64,000 bases of DNA from an uncultured Nitrospinaceae bacterium (lineage in GTDB: Bacteria > UBA8248): NCBI GenBank assembly GCA_964005815.1, contig CAXFSR010000009.1, positions 32,001-96,000 of the forward strand. The letters run 5' to 3'. The notes under the pieces are model-generated. The model searched no databases and had not been told where the DNA came from. It saw nothing but the letters and a program-made list of their open reading frames with translations. Within the stretch, counting starts at the first letter, position 1; each line of letters opens with the position of its first letter. Shown piece after piece: positions 10,042 to 20,856 of this stretch. A program made the translations under genes and the position numbers.

Positions 10042-11442
10042 ATGTCTGAAAGAACTTTATACGACAAAGTTTGGGATAAACACACCGTATCTAAGCTTGA
10101 ATCTGGTCAAGATCAACTTTTTATAGGTCTACATCTGATTCATGAAGTGACTACTCCTCAGGCTTTCTCAATGTTAGAGGAATTAGATTCTGAAGTTGCA
10201 TTTCCTGAGAGGACGGTTGCTACGGTTGATCACATAATCCCTACTCTATCGTTGCTTCGTCCATTAGAAGATCAGCAAGCGGAATTAATGATGGCTTCAC
10301 TTGAACAAAATGTAGAAAAGTATGGCATACGTTTTTTAAATAAGAATTCTCAAATGCAAGGAATTGTTCACGTAATAGGACCAGAGTTGGGATTGAGTCA
10401 GCCTGGGATGACAATTGCTTGCGGAGATAGCCATACAAGTACTCATGGTGCAATGGGAGCTTTAGGATTTGGAATAGGAACAACAGAAGTAGGTCATGTA
10501 TTAGCTTCTCAAACTCTTTCACTTAATAGATTAAAAGTTCGTCGTATTGAAGTTAACGGTGATTTGCAAGAAGGCGTTTTACCTAAAGATGTTATTTTAA
10601 GAATTATTCATGATCTTGGAATTAAAGGTGGAATTGGACACGCTTATGAATATGCAGGTTCAGTTTTTGATGATATGGACATGGAAGGGAGAATGACAGT
10701 TTGTAATATGAGTATAGAGGGTGGTGCAAGAATTGGTTATGTAAATCCTGACAAGATTACTTTTGATTATTTGTCTGGCAGGGAATTTGCGCCTAAAGGT
10801 GATGATTTTAAAAGAGCACAAATTTATTGGGAGTCGATAGCTTCAGATGCCGATGCAAAATATGATGATACTTTTGAAATTGTAGCTGATTCCATTCAAC
10901 CGATGGTTACTTGGGGTATCAATCCTGGACAATCTATAGGCTTATCTGACTCGTTGCCAGAACCGTCAGTTTTTTCTGGAGAAGATATTAAGACTGCTGA
11001 AAAAGGTTTTGAATTTATGGGATTAAAACCTGGGACTCCGATACGCGATACGAAAATAGACGTTGCATTTCTTGGTTCTTGTACTAATTCACGGATTTCG
11101 GATTTAAGAGAAGGTGCTCGAATTATATCTGGACGAAAAGTCAATTCAAAAGTGCGTATGTTAGTAGTTCCTGGCTCTCAAAAAGTAAAAAAACAGGCTG
11201 AGGAAGAAGGGTTAGACAAAATTTTTGAAGAAGCGGGTGCGGAATGGAGAGAGGCAGGATGTTCAATGTGTCTTGGAATGAATCCAGATAAACTTGTTGG
11301 TGCTGAAAGAAGTATTTCTTCCTCTAATAGAAATTTTATAGGTAGACAAGGAAGTCCTAGAGGTAGGACACATTTGGCTAGTCCTGCGATTGTTACAGCG
11401 TCTGCAATAGAGGGACGTATTGCAGATCCAAGAGAGTTTTAA
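10042..11442 (+). CDS. leuC: 3-isopropylmalate dehydratase large subunit
   Basis: [27 protein letters not shown] and GCSMCLGMN. Confidence 0.97.
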   Translation: MSERTLYDKVWDKHTVSKLESGQDQLFIGLHLIHEVTTPQAFSMLEELDSEVAFPERTVATVDHIIPTLSLLRPLEDQQAELMMASLEQNVEKYGIRFLNKNSQMQGIVHVIGPELGLSQPGMTIACGDSHTSTHGAMGALGFGIGTTEVGHVLASQTLSLNRLKVRRIEVNGDLQEGVLPKDVILRIIHDLGIKGGIGHAYEYAGSVFDDMDMEGRMTVCNMSIEGGARIGYVNPDKITFDYLSGREFAPKGDDFKRAQIYWESIASDADAKYDDTFEIVADSIQPMVTWGINPGQSIGLSDSLPEPSVFSGEDIKTAEKGFEFMGLKPGTPIRDTKIDVAFLGSCTNSRISDLREGARIISGRKVNSKVRMLVVPGSQKVKKQAEEEGLDKIFEEAGAEWREAGCSMCLGMNPDKLVGAERSISSSNRNFIGRQGSPRGRTHLASPAIVTASAIEGRIADPREF

Positions 11443-11453
11443 GGAGTAATGAA

Positions 11454-12050
11454 ATGTCTGCAGAAAAAATAATCAAGATTACAGGTCGCGGAATTCCTCT
11501 TCCTGGAGACGATATAGATACAGATAGAATTACCCCTGCTAGATTTCTTAAAGCAATAACTTTTGATGGAATCGAGAAAGCCCTTTTTTGTGATGAAAGA
11601 GAAAACACTCCAGATCATCCAATTGATGATCCCGCATATAAAGGCGGAAAAATTATGTTTGTTGGTAAGAATTTTGGTTCTGGTTCGTCTAGAGAACATG
11701 CTCCCCAAGCGTTAAAAAGATTTGGGATTGATGCGCTCGTAGGCGTTTCTTTTGCAGAAATATTTGCTGGAAACTGTTTTGCGATAGGAGTTCCAGTAGT
11801 TACAGTTGATCCACAGGGTTTGCAAAATTTAATAAGTCAGACTCAAGAGAATCCAAAAATTTTATATGAATTGAATATAGATAAAAAAGAACTTTTTTAT
11901 GGAGAGTTAAGTATACCTATTGAAATTCAGGAAAATCAAAGAAGTGCTTTCTTAAATGGAAGTTGGAATATGCTCCAGAATTTAATTGGAAATCTCTCTA
12001 AAGTTAAGGAAATAGCTAGGGAGTTACCGTATTGTAATGATTTTAAATAA
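11454..12050 (+). CDS. leuD: 3-isopropylmalate dehydratase small subunit
   Basis: DIDTDRITPARFL and NFGSGSSREHAPQAL. Confidence 0.97.
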   Translation: MSAEKIIKITGRGIPLPGDDIDTDRITPARFLKAITFDGIEKALFCDERENTPDHPIDDPAYKGGKIMFVGKNFGSGSSREHAPQALKRFGIDALVGVSFAEIFAGNCFAIGVPVVTVDPQGLQNLISQTQENPKILYELNIDKKELFYGELSIPIEIQENQRSAFLNGSWNMLQNLIGNLSKVKEIARELPYCNDFK

Positions 12051-12087
12051 ATTTCAATAATTTAGTATAGAAAGGCTGGTTCATAAG

Positions 12088-13170
12088 TTGAAAGAATTCA
12101 ATATTGCTTTGTTGCCTGGAGATGGTGTTGGAGAAGAAGTTGCACGTGTGGCAAGTTCAATTCTCCAGAGTGCAGGAAAAAAATTTGAAGTAATTTTTAA
12201 TTTCAAAGAAGCTTTATGTGGTGGTGCTGCAATAGATTCTGTAGGTCAACCACTGCCTGACGAAACTTTGGAACTATGTAAAAATTCTGACGCAGTGTTA
12301 TTCGGTGCTGTTGGTGGTCCTAAATGGGATGACTTGGAAAGAGAAAGGCGTCCCGAGCAGGCAATTCTTGGTCTTCGAAAAGGACTTGACCTTTATGCCA
12401 ATCTCAGACCTGCTGTTATGTTTGATTCTCTTGTAGATTCTTCTTCTTTGAAACCAGAAATTGTTCGCGGATTAGATCTTCTTGTTTTGCGTGAAGGAGT
12501 TAGTGGAATTTATTTTGGAAAACCACAACATATTGAAGATGTTTCTCCTGATGAACAAAGAGCTGTAGATACAATGGTGTACCATTCTTCTGAAATTAGA
12601 AGAATAGTAAAACTTGGTTTTGAACTTGCTGCAGTGAGAAAAAAGAAGCTTTGCTCTGTGGATAAAGAAAACGTTTTATATAATAGTAGATTATGGAGGA
12701 AAGTTGCTATAGAAGTAGGAGAAGATTTTCCTAATATAGAATTGTCTCATATGTATGTTGATAATGCTTCGATGCAATTAATAAGAAATCCACTTCAATT
12801 TGATGTTGTCGTTACTGGTAATATGTTTGGAGATATCCTGAGTGATGCTGCTTCTATGTTAACTGGTTCAATAGGGATGCTTGCATCTGCAAATTTGGGA
12901 GATGGAGGTTTTGGTATGTTTGAACCTGTTCATGGAACTGCTCCTGATATTGCTGGACAAGACAAAGCAAATCCAGTTGCGGCAATTATGTCAACTGCTA
13001 TGCTTTGTCGATACGCATTAAAGCTTCCAGAAGTAGCAGAAGTGATAGAAAATGCGGTTTCTGAAGCTTTAAGAGAAGGTTACAGAACTATCGATATTCA
13101 TACTCCTGGTTCAAAGAAAATTTCATGTTCTGACATGGGTTCTGTAATTTTAGAGCGCGTGGGGGAATGA
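12088..13170 (+). CDS. leuB: 3-isopropylmalate dehydrogenase
   Basis: LPGDGVG, GAVGGPKW, NMFGDILSD and EPVHGTAPDIAG. Confidence 0.97.
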   Translation: MKEFNIALLPGDGVGEEVARVASSILQSAGKKFEVIFNFKEALCGGAAIDSVGQPLPDETLELCKNSDAVLFGAVGGPKWDDLERERRPEQAILGLRKGLDLYANLRPAVMFDSLVDSSSLKPEIVRGLDLLVLREGVSGIYFGKPQHIEDVSPDEQRAVDTMVYHSSEIRRIVKLGFELAAVRKKKLCSVDKENVLYNSRLWRKVAIEVGEDFPNIELSHMYVDNASMQLIRNPLQFDVVVTGNMFGDILSDAASMLTGSIGMLASANLGDGGFGMFEPVHGTAPDIAGQDKANPVAAIMSTAMLCRYALKLPEVAEVIENAVSEALREGYRTIDIHTPGSKKISCSDMGSVILERVGE

Positions 13171-14192
13171 AAATGTCTGGTTTGAAAGTTGCAGTTGTTG
13201 GTGCAACTGGAGCAGTTGGAAATGAGATGATCCGTATTTTGGAAGAGAGGGATTTTCCAGTTGATCAACTACATCTTTATGCCAGTCAGAGAAGTGAAGG
13301 TAAAAAGTTAGAATTTCATGGTAGTAAAATAACAGTAAAGAAATTAGACAACGATTCTTTTAAGGACATAGACGTTGCTCTTTTTTCTGCTGGTGCAAGT
13401 AGGTCACTTGAATTTGCGCAGATTGCGGTGCAATCTGGCGCTATAGTAATAGATAATTCAAGTGCTTTTCGTATGGAATCAAATGTCCCTTTGGTTGTGC
13501 CTGAGGTTAATTCTCATTGTCTGAATTCAAAAAGTAGAATTATAGCAAATCCAAATTGTTCTACAATACAACTCGTTGTTGTACTTAATCCGCTTAACAA
13601 GATTTCGCGAATTAAACGAATTGTTGTGAGTACATATCAGGCAGTAAGTGGCGCTGGACAGAAGGCAATTGATGAACTTAATTTGCAAGTAAAAGCTAAA
13701 ACCAAGTCTGAGGAATCTCTCCCTGAAAATTTCCCGCATCAGATAGCTTTTAATTGTCTTCCTCAGATAGATGTTTTTTTAGAAGGAGGAAATACTAAAG
13801 AAGAGTTGAAAATGATTAATGAAACTCGCAAAATTTTAGAGTCTGATAATCTCCCGCTAAGTGCTACCTGTGTCCGAGTCCCAGTTTATAATTCGCATTC
13901 TGAATCGGTAAATATTGAATTTTATGAAGATATGAATTCTAAAAAAGCAAGAGAGATACTCAATAGGTCAGAGGGGATAGAGGTTCTTGATGACATTAAA
14001 AAATCAGTTTATCCCATGCCAATTGATATCTCTGGTAAAGATGATGTTTATGTTGGAAGAATAAGAGATGATGATTCTCTTTTAAACACAATTAACCTCT
14101 GGGTTGTTTCAGATAATCTTCGTAAAGGTGCTGCACTAAATGCAGTTCAAATCGCTGAATGTCTTTTGGGAAAAAATATTTTAGAAGTTTGA
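13167..14192 (+). CDS. asd: Aspartate-semialdehyde dehydrogenase
   Basis: VGATGAVG, IANPNCSTIQ and DNLRKGAALNAVQIAE. Confidence 0.97.
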   Translation: MKMSGLKVAVVGATGAVGNEMIRILEERDFPVDQLHLYASQRSEGKKLEFHGSKITVKKLDNDSFKDIDVALFSAGASRSLEFAQIAVQSGAIVIDNSSAFRMESNVPLVVPEVNSHCLNSKSRIIANPNCSTIQLVVVLNPLNKISRIKRIVVSTYQAVSGAGQKAIDELNLQVKAKTKSEESLPENFPHQIAFNCLPQIDVFLEGGNTKEELKMINETRKILESDNLPLSATCVRVPVYNSHSESVNIEFYEDMNSKKAREILNRSEGIEVLDDIKKSVYPMPIDISGKDDVYVGRIRDDDSLLNTINLWVVSDNLRKGAALNAVQIAECLLGKNILEV

Positions 14193-14198
14193 TCTTTA

Positions 14199-15068
14199 AT
14201 GGAGGAAGTTTTGAGCGAAGTTCTTATAGGTGTCATAGGTGGAAGTGGTTTGTATGAAATGAAAGAACTTGAGGATATAGAAGAAGTTGTAATTGATACC
14301 CCATTTGGTTCTCCATCAGCACCCTTTATTGTTGGCACACTCTCTGGAAAAAAAGTTGCTTTTTTGCCTCGTCATGGTATTGGGCATGTGCTCATGCCAA
14401 GTGAAATTCCATTCCTTGCAAATATATATGGATTTCGAAAATTAGGTTGCGAGTGGATTATTTCAGTTAGTGCTGTAGGAAGCATGAAGGAGGAAATTCA
14501 TCCTGGACATATTGTTATACCAGATCAGTTTATTGATCTTACCACGAAAAGAAGAAGTACTTTTTTTGGGGATGGCTTAGTAGCCCATGTTTCTATGGCA
14601 GATCCAGTTTGTTCAAAACTTTCGACTATACTTGAAAATGCTGCCAAGGAATCAGGTGCGATTGTACATAGAGGTGGAACGTATGTTTGTATGGAAGGTC
14701 CGCAATTTAGCAGTCGATCGGAAAGTTATCGTTATCGTGATTGGGGTGCTTCGATTATAGGAATGACTAATATGCCTGAAGCTAAGCTTGCGCGCGAGGC
14801 AGAGATGAGTTATGCAACGATTGCACTTTCTACCGATTATGATTGTTGGCATGAAGAAGAAGAAGATGTAGATGTGGAATCTGTTATTGCTCTAGTTAAG
14901 AGGAACGCAGAACTGGCAAGGACAATTATTACGAGATCTGTTTCTCAAATACAGGGAAAGAGTCCATTCTCTGAAATTTTAAAAACATCGATTATTTCGG
15001 ATCTTAGTTCTATCTCAAAAGAAACTCTTAGTCGCCTCGAACTTCTTGTAGGAAAATATATAAATTGA
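14199..15068 (+). CDS. mtnP: S-methyl-5'-thioadenosine phosphorylase
   Basis: GVIGGSG, EGPQFS, GMTNMPEAKLAREAE and TDYDCW. Confidence 0.93.
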   Translation: MEEVLSEVLIGVIGGSGLYEMKELEDIEEVVIDTPFGSPSAPFIVGTLSGKKVAFLPRHGIGHVLMPSEIPFLANIYGFRKLGCEWIISVSAVGSMKEEIHPGHIVIPDQFIDLTTKRRSTFFGDGLVAHVSMADPVCSKLSTILENAAKESGAIVHRGGTYVCMEGPQFSSRSESYRYRDWGASIIGMTNMPEAKLAREAEMSYATIALSTDYDCWHEEEEDVDVESVIALVKRNAELARTIITRSVSQIQGKSPFSEILKTSIISDLSSISKETLSRLELLVGKYIN

Positions 15069-16354
15069 CTCAAAATAAAATGTCTAAGAAATTCTTTTCA
15101 CTTGCTCAGAAGAGAATTCCGGGTGGAGTCGATAGTCCCGTTCGTGCTTTTAAAGGTGTAGGAGGAACACCATTTTTTGTCGAGCGCGGGAAGGGGTCTC
15201 ATATTTGGGATGTCGATGGAAACGAATTTATTGATTATGTCCTGTCTTGGGGGCCGTTAATTTTAGGTCATGCTCATCCAAGAATTGTTTCTATTATTAA
15301 AGAAACGACAGAATCCGGCACAAGCTTTGGTGCACCTACAGTTCTTGAGACTACTCTGGCAGAATTAGTACAAAATTCTTTTCCATCTATGGAACTTATC
15401 CGATTTGTTAATTCTGGGACTGAAGCGACAATGTCTTCGATTAGGCTCGCAAGGGGATTTACAGGACGAGACGCAATTCTGAAATTTGACGGGTGTTATC
15501 ATGGTCACTCAGATGGTCTTCTTGTAAAAACTGGGAGCGGGGGAGCGACATTTAGTGTCCCCGATAGTGAAGGAGTTCCAACCGATTATGCTAGAAATAC
15601 TTTTTCACTTCCATATAACGATATGAACGCGGTTGAGGAATTTTTTGCTGTTCACGGAGAAAAAATTGCCTGTATTATCATTGAACCAATTGCAGGAAAT
15701 ATGGGATTGATTGTCCCCGAAAAAGATTTTTTAGAATCACTACGTTCCCTTTCCACTGAGTATGGCGCTCTTCTCATATTTGATGAAGTTATGTCTGGTT
15801 TTAGAGTTGCTAAAGGTGGTGCACAGGAGTTGTTCGGGATTGAGCCAGATTTAACAACACTAGGAAAGGTAATTGGAGGAGGACTACCCGTTGCTGCATA
15901 TGGCGGAAAAAAAGAAATTATGGAAAAAGTAGCTCCACTAGGCGGAGTTTATCAGGCAGGAACACTTTCGGGGAATCCGCTTGCAATGTCTGCGGGAATT
16001 GAAACGATTAAAGTTATGAATGAATTTAATCTTCCTCAAATTCTTTCAAGTAAGACCGAATATCTGATTGAAGGTCTTTTAGAATTATCAAGAATAAATA
16101 ATATTCCAATGACTGCTTGTTGCTGTGGTTCTATGTTTGGATTCTATTTCCAGGAAGGTACCGTGAAGAATTTTACGGATGCTTTGCGGTCGGATTTAAA
16201 ATTATATTCTCGTTTTTTTCATGGTATGCTTGATGAAGGTGTGGCTTTTGCACCTAGCCAATTTGAGGTAGGATTTATGTCAGTAACTCATGAAAAATCA
16301 GACCTAGACTTCACACTTAATGCCGCCTCGAAAGTGATGAAAAAAATTGGATAA
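15065..16354 (+). CDS. hemL: Glutamate-1-semialdehyde 2,1-aminomutase
   Basis: PGGVDSPVRAF, NSGTEATM, GCYHGH, GKVIGGG and YQAGTLSGNP. Confidence 0.96.
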   Translation: MTQNKMSKKFFSLAQKRIPGGVDSPVRAFKGVGGTPFFVERGKGSHIWDVDGNEFIDYVLSWGPLILGHAHPRIVSIIKETTESGTSFGAPTVLETTLAELVQNSFPSMELIRFVNSGTEATMSSIRLARGFTGRDAILKFDGCYHGHSDGLLVKTGSGGATFSVPDSEGVPTDYARNTFSLPYNDMNAVEEFFAVHGEKIACIIIEPIAGNMGLIVPEKDFLESLRSLSTEYGALLIFDEVMSGFRVAKGGAQELFGIEPDLTTLGKVIGGGLPVAAYGGKKEIMEKVAPLGGVYQAGTLSGNPLAMSAGIETIKVMNEFNLPQILSSKTEYLIEGLLELSRINNIPMTACCCGSMFGFYFQEGTVKNFTDALRSDLKLYSRFFHGMLDEGVAFAPSQFEVGFMSVTHEKSDLDFTLNAASKVMKKIG

Positions 16355-16380
16355 TTTTTTTCATCTTAGAGATTTTAATT

Positions 16381-16713
16381 TTGAGAAATTTTTTCAGAGA
16401 GTTTAATTCATCTTTGAGTTTTATCATCTGTTGGTTTTTAATTGTCATTAGCGTTCTTGTTTTTGTGAATGCTTTTTTTGGACGTAACGGTCTTTTTTCA
16501 CTTTTCCAAGATCAGGAAAAATTTCATAAACTAAAAAAGGAAGTTGTTAAACTTGAATTGACGAATGAAAAGTTAAAGTCTGAGATTTTCTCCCTTAAAA
16601 ATAACTTCAAAGTTGTAGAGAAAATTGCAAGAGAAAATTTAGGTTTAGTGAAGCCAGGAGATACAGTTTTTGAATTTCTTTCTTCAGAAAAATATAAATT
16701 AATGAATGAATAA
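16381..16713 (+). CDS. ftsB: Septum formation initiator (FtsB/DivIC family)
   Basis: One TM helix, G..GL, coiled coil and EKIARENLGLVKPGD. Confidence 0.85.
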   Translation: MRNFFREFNSSLSFIICWFLIVISVLVFVNAFFGRNGLFSLFQDQEKFHKLKKEVVKLELTNEKLKSEIFSLKNNFKVVEKIARENLGLVKPGDTVFEFLSSEKYKLMNE

Positions 16714-16770
16714 GTTTATTCTTATTCTTCTAATTTAGAATAATTTGTGTTAGTTTGTTCCTCTCTCCGA

Positions 16771-16847
<77 letters not shown>

Positions 16848-16880
16848 ATTTTTTTATTTTTTTATAGGAAATCTTTTTTC

Positions 16881-18026
16881 TTAAGTTGTTTTTTTGAAAA
16901 ATTCACTTATGACCTGCATTCCCTTTTTGATTGTTTCTTCACTAACGGAATAGGTAAGTCTAACATGATTTTCTCCAGATTTTCCGAATTCAGTTCCACT
17001 TCGGATTGCTACGCCAGCATCCCAAAGCTTTTTCCTTAGATTTGATGCGAGTATTGGTAAAGTATAACGGCAGTAAAGATAAAAACCTCCTTGAGGTTCT
17101 AGGGGTATAAGTCCAGAAATATTTTTTGCAAGTTCATACATTAACTTTCCTCGTTTTTCATACTCTTTTTTCATTTCAGAAACGCAGTCTTGTGGTCCGC
17201 GAAGGGCAGCCGCACCTGCTCTCTGTACAAAAGAACAAATTGGACCAGTAATTGACCGATGGACACCAAAAATTACACTATTCATATCTTCTGGTACTAC
17301 CATATTCCCGAGTCTCCATCCGGTCATAGAGTAAGTTTTAGAGAATGTATCCAGTAGTATTAAATTATTTTTATGTTCTTTGAAACTTAATAATGGAATA
17401 TGTTTAAAACCTGGTTGTAAGATTTTAGCATAAGCTTCATCTGAGACCAGAATGATATTATTTTCTGAACATAATTCGGTAAGTGATTGCAGTTCTTTCT
17501 GAGTATAAACTAATCCTGTCGGGTTATTCGGATTACAAATGAGTAATAATTTGGTTTTATCTGTAATAGCATCTCTAATAGCCTGTAAGTCTAAATGGTA
17601 ATCAGGACCATGAGGTACGTTGACTGGTGTTCCTCCTATCTGTTTAGCAACGTGAGAATAAAGAGAAAACGTCGGATCCATTAGGATAACTTCATCTCCT
17701 TTTCCGAGAAATGCAGTCATGATTGTATAGATTCCAGAACTTCCTCCATTAGTTGCAATTACTGAATCAGTTGAGTAGTTTGATTTACATTCTCTTTCAA
17801 TGTTTTCGCAGACTGCTTGAAGAAATTCTGGATCACCCTGTCCTGGAGCATAATGAGTAAGGCCATCATCAAGTGCTTTTTTTGCAGCGTCACAAATGTG
17901 GTCTGGTGTCGGGAAAGATGGTGTCCCAGAATCAAGTTGGATCATCCCTTTTGGACGTTTCAAAGTCATGTGATTTGCCCGTTCTCCTCCCATAGTTTGA
18001 AGAACGTTTTCAGAGTAATTTCTCAT
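16881..18026 (-). CDS. PLP-dependent aminotransferase class I/II
   Basis: NPNNPTG, SDEAY and FSKTYSMTGWRLG. Confidence 0.92.
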   Translation of the reverse strand: MRNYSENVLQTMGGERANHMTLKRPKGMIQLDSGTPSFPTPDHICDAAKKALDDGLTHYAPGQGDPEFLQAVCENIERECKSNYSTDSVIATNGGSSGIYTIMTAFLGKGDEVILMDPTFSLYSHVAKQIGGTPVNVPHGPDYHLDLQAIRDAITDKTKLLLICNPNNPTGLVYTQKELQSLTELCSENNIILVSDEAYAKILQPGFKHIPLLSFKEHKNNLILLDTFSKTYSMTGWRLGNMVVPEDMNSVIFGVHRSITGPICSFVQRAGAAALRGPQDCVSEMKKEYEKRGKLMYELAKNISGLIPLEPQGGFYLYCRYTLPILASNLRKKLWDAGVAIRSGTEFGKSGENHVRLTYSVSEETIKKGMQVISEFFKKTT

Positions 18027-18057
18027 TTTAGACCCTGTTTTTTTATGGAATCCTGCA

Positions 18058-18828
18058 TTAAGCTTGAGCAGCTACAAGACCTTTTCTAATTTTTGGTAAG
18101 GTCTGTTCTATATTTTTTATTGGCAAACCATGAGTAGGAGCAATTACTTGAATCTTAAATTCTTCTATTACTTCTTCTAGCCTATCAACGTATATATTCA
18201 TATCTACATATTTGGTCCAAAAAAGTGCACGTTCTGCAAAAACAGCAGAAACGTCAATTAAATCTAGTGATTCGGCTTCCTCTGCAGTTTTTCCACAATG
18301 TCCATCCCAGTGATAATGACTGTAGGCAAAACCGTCTCCTGGAAATAAAACACGTTCTTTCATATCCACTCCCCATAGTGTAGTTCTCATGTCCCTTATT
18401 ACTGGTTCTACGACTACAAATTTCCTGTCTCCAAGATCTATCGAATCACCTATTTCCATGTGTCTAAGTTTTTTTAAATGTTCAGGAAATGCAAGATGAT
18501 AATCACTTGTATCCCCGCAAATTGTTTTTAAATCAGAAAATTCGTTAAGAAATCTTCCCAAACCACCAGAATGTGGTGTTTCTTGATGAGTTATAAAAAG
18601 ATGTTCTATCTTGTTTTTTTTCGGAAGTGCGATTTCTTTAATTTGTCGATTTATTTCAGAAAAATCGCCAGGGTGTCCTGTTTCAACTAGCAACGAACTT
18701 TTTGATCCAATAATTAGAAAAGCTGCGTTATAAGCATGGTAAACATTTCCTTGAAAGTGCTGTTCTAGACACTGTCCAAGCCAAAAGACTCCTGGAACTA
18801 TTTCTCTAGGTAGAGGATTTTTCATCAT
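18058..18828 (-). CDS. Metallo-beta-lactamase-fold protein resembling the FprA N-terminal (di-iron) domain
   Basis: LLVETG, THQETPHSGG (variant of HxExDH), LFPGDGF and IAPTHG. Confidence 0.7.
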   Translation of the reverse strand: MMKNPLPREIVPGVFWLGQCLEQHFQGNVYHAYNAAFLIIGSKSSLLVETGHPGDFSEINRQIKEIALPKKNKIEHLFITHQETPHSGGLGRFLNEFSDLKTICGDTSDYHLAFPEHLKKLRHMEIGDSIDLGDRKFVVVEPVIRDMRTTLWGVDMKERVLFPGDGFAYSHYHWDGHCGKTAEEAESLDLIDVSAVFAERALFWTKYVDMNIYVDRLEEVIEEFKIQVIAPTHGLPIKNIEQTLPKIRKGLVAAQA

Positions 18829-18829
18829 T

Positions 18830-19693
18830 TTACCTTTCTATGTCTCTGTGGACATAAGAGGCATCAGTTCTTTCTCGGTCCAGTTCTTCTAGGATTTGCA
18901 TGAGTGTAGAAAATTCTTCATTCACCATTTTTTCCCCATTAATGATCGAACCATATCCCGGAGCAATTGTATGTATTTCAAAATTTTGAAAAATTTCATT
19001 AATATCGTTTCTTAAGGGTAAGGTATTTGCACCTTCAAGCCACCAGTAACGAGAATTTAGTAAAAACGATTTTGCAAAATTATAACTATCATGTCTATTG
19101 TTTTCTTCCATTATCCATGGACCTTCAATCTTTTTTTGGGAAAATTGAGTAAAAGAGTCTGATGTAAAAAGGGTTTTGGTTGTTTGATCATATACCCACC
19201 TAGTTGCTATGAGTTGGATAGGTGCTCTGAATGCGTCAACTATCCTTTCCCCCTCCCCAACTTCAATTTTTCCTGGAAATTTCAAAACTGTTGTAGGTAT
19301 AAGTTTAGCTTTTTTTGACTCAGTAGTTTCAAAATCTAACCAAAATGACATTTCTGGGACATGTGAATAGCATTGTATAACGTTAAATTCCTTCGCAATT
19401 GCCATTGCGTTTCCAACTGACATGAATTCATTAATCCTTAATGGGAAGATTGAGAGTGGAGTGTTAGGTTTTAAAATCTTAGAAAGTTGTTTGAGGATGA
19501 TATCCTCATGAGATGTATATCCAGTATCTAGAAGAAGTGCGCCACCTTTTTCATAAATGAGGAAAGAATTTGAGCATGAAAATCCTGATGTACTTGAAGG
19601 ATATGCGCTTACTTTTCCATCTAGCTCGAAGATATTTTGTAATGCATAGATTTTTCCATCAGAAAGCTCAGTAATATTTTGATAATGATTCAA
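18830..19693 (-). CDS. Degenerate MBL-fold protein, paralogue of the neighbouring gene
   Basis: LLLDTG, TKTLFTSDSF and IAPGYG; the His ligands are replaced. Confidence 0.6.
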   Translation of the reverse strand: MNHYQNITELSDGKIYALQNIFELDGKVSAYPSSTSGFSCSNSFLIYEKGGALLLDTGYTSHEDIILKQLSKILKPNTPLSIFPLRINEFMSVGNAMAIAKEFNVIQCYSHVPEMSFWLDFETTESKKAKLIPTTVLKFPGKIEVGEGERIVDAFRAPIQLIATRWVYDQTTKTLFTSDSFTQFSQKKIEGPWIMEENNRHDSYNFAKSFLLNSRYWWLEGANTLPLRNDINEIFQNFEIHTIAPGYGSIINGEKMVNEEFSTLMQILEELDRERTDASYVHRDIER

Positions 19694-19924
19694 AGTCCTA
19701 TCTTCCGGAGAAATTTGTATTTAAATAGGTTCAGTAAAGTGTTTAAATTAGAAGGAAACGTAAATATCTACAAAAGATTATACTATTTTTAAACAAGAAA
19801 AAATAATGATTAAAAGAACTGAGTTGTAACTTTATCTGTTCAAAGTATAATACATTAAACTTTAGAACCAGATTAAGACACTTTTAGTATTATCAGTGCG
19901 ACTTCTTCTAAAGGAGCATTTTTT

Positions 19925-20821
19925 ATGCAGATATACTACAAGATTATTGTCTTGTTTGTTTTTTTCTTTAATTTTGTAATTTTTCCTTCGTATGGAGTTA
20001 CATTTAAAGATTACGAAAAAGTCCTTCAGGGTGCGAAAGAAGTCTCTTTTTCACCTGTACGCTCGGGAAGTGGAGAAAAGATATCTGGACTCCTTTATAC
20101 CCCTAGTGGCAAAGGACCATTTCCTGCAGTAGTTGCACTCCACGGTGCGGGTGGAATTTTCCCTTACCAACTATGGTGGGCGAAGAGTATCTCTAAGCTG
20201 GGTTATGTTGTTCTGTTTGTAGATCATTATTGTGAAAGAAAAATCCTATGTAACAGGATGACGGACGATTCAGATCGAGAACGTGGAGACGTGATGAATG
20301 ATTGGCAACAGGTAAGTCCGCGCCAGAGAATGATGGATGCTTTAGGAGCAGGAAAATTTTTAGTTAAGAAAAAAAATGTTCTAAAAAATAAGTTAGGATT
20401 AATTGGTTGGTCTTGGGGCGGTACTGTATCACTTTATTTGCAACGGTATAAGAAAAGAATGTCTCTACCTTTTGATGGATTTAAGGCCACAGTTGCTTTT
20501 TATCCAAATTTAAAGTGGGTTTTAGAAAAGCGCACATGGCAAGGAGGAGACTATATCAAGGAAAAGACTTTAATCTTATACGGTTTATCTGATGAATTAG
20601 AAAGTAAAGAAAGCTATGACTCTCTTCTTGAAGAGGAAGGCAAAGATTTTCTCGAGATAGTAGGATATCCAGACTCTTTCCGGAAGTTTGATGAATTGGG
20701 AGGATATCGTGAAAAATACCATCCAAGTGTTGGAGATTTTGCTAAGGAATTTAATAAGAAAGCGTTTGAAGACTCTTTGTTAAAAGTCACTGCTTTTTTT
20801 AAGAATAATCTAACAAGGTAG
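19925..20821 (+). CDS. Dienelactone hydrolase-family alpha/beta hydrolase, exported
   Basis: Signal peptide, PFPAVVALHGAGG, GWSWGG nucleophile elbow and AFYP. Confidence 0.8.
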   Translation: MQIYYKIIVLFVFFFNFVIFPSYGVTFKDYEKVLQGAKEVSFSPVRSGSGEKISGLLYTPSGKGPFPAVVALHGAGGIFPYQLWWAKSISKLGYVVLFVDHYCERKILCNRMTDDSDRERGDVMNDWQQVSPRQRMMDALGAGKFLVKKKNVLKNKLGLIGWSWGGTVSLYLQRYKKRMSLPFDGFKATVAFYPNLKWVLEKRTWQGGDYIKEKTLILYGLSDELESKESYDSLLEEEGKDFLEIVGYPDSFRKFDELGGYREKYHPSVGDFAKEFNKKAFEDSLLKVTAFFKNNLTR

Positions 20822-20856
20822 CTTTTATTTTTTACTAAAGAAGTTTTGAGGGGAAA

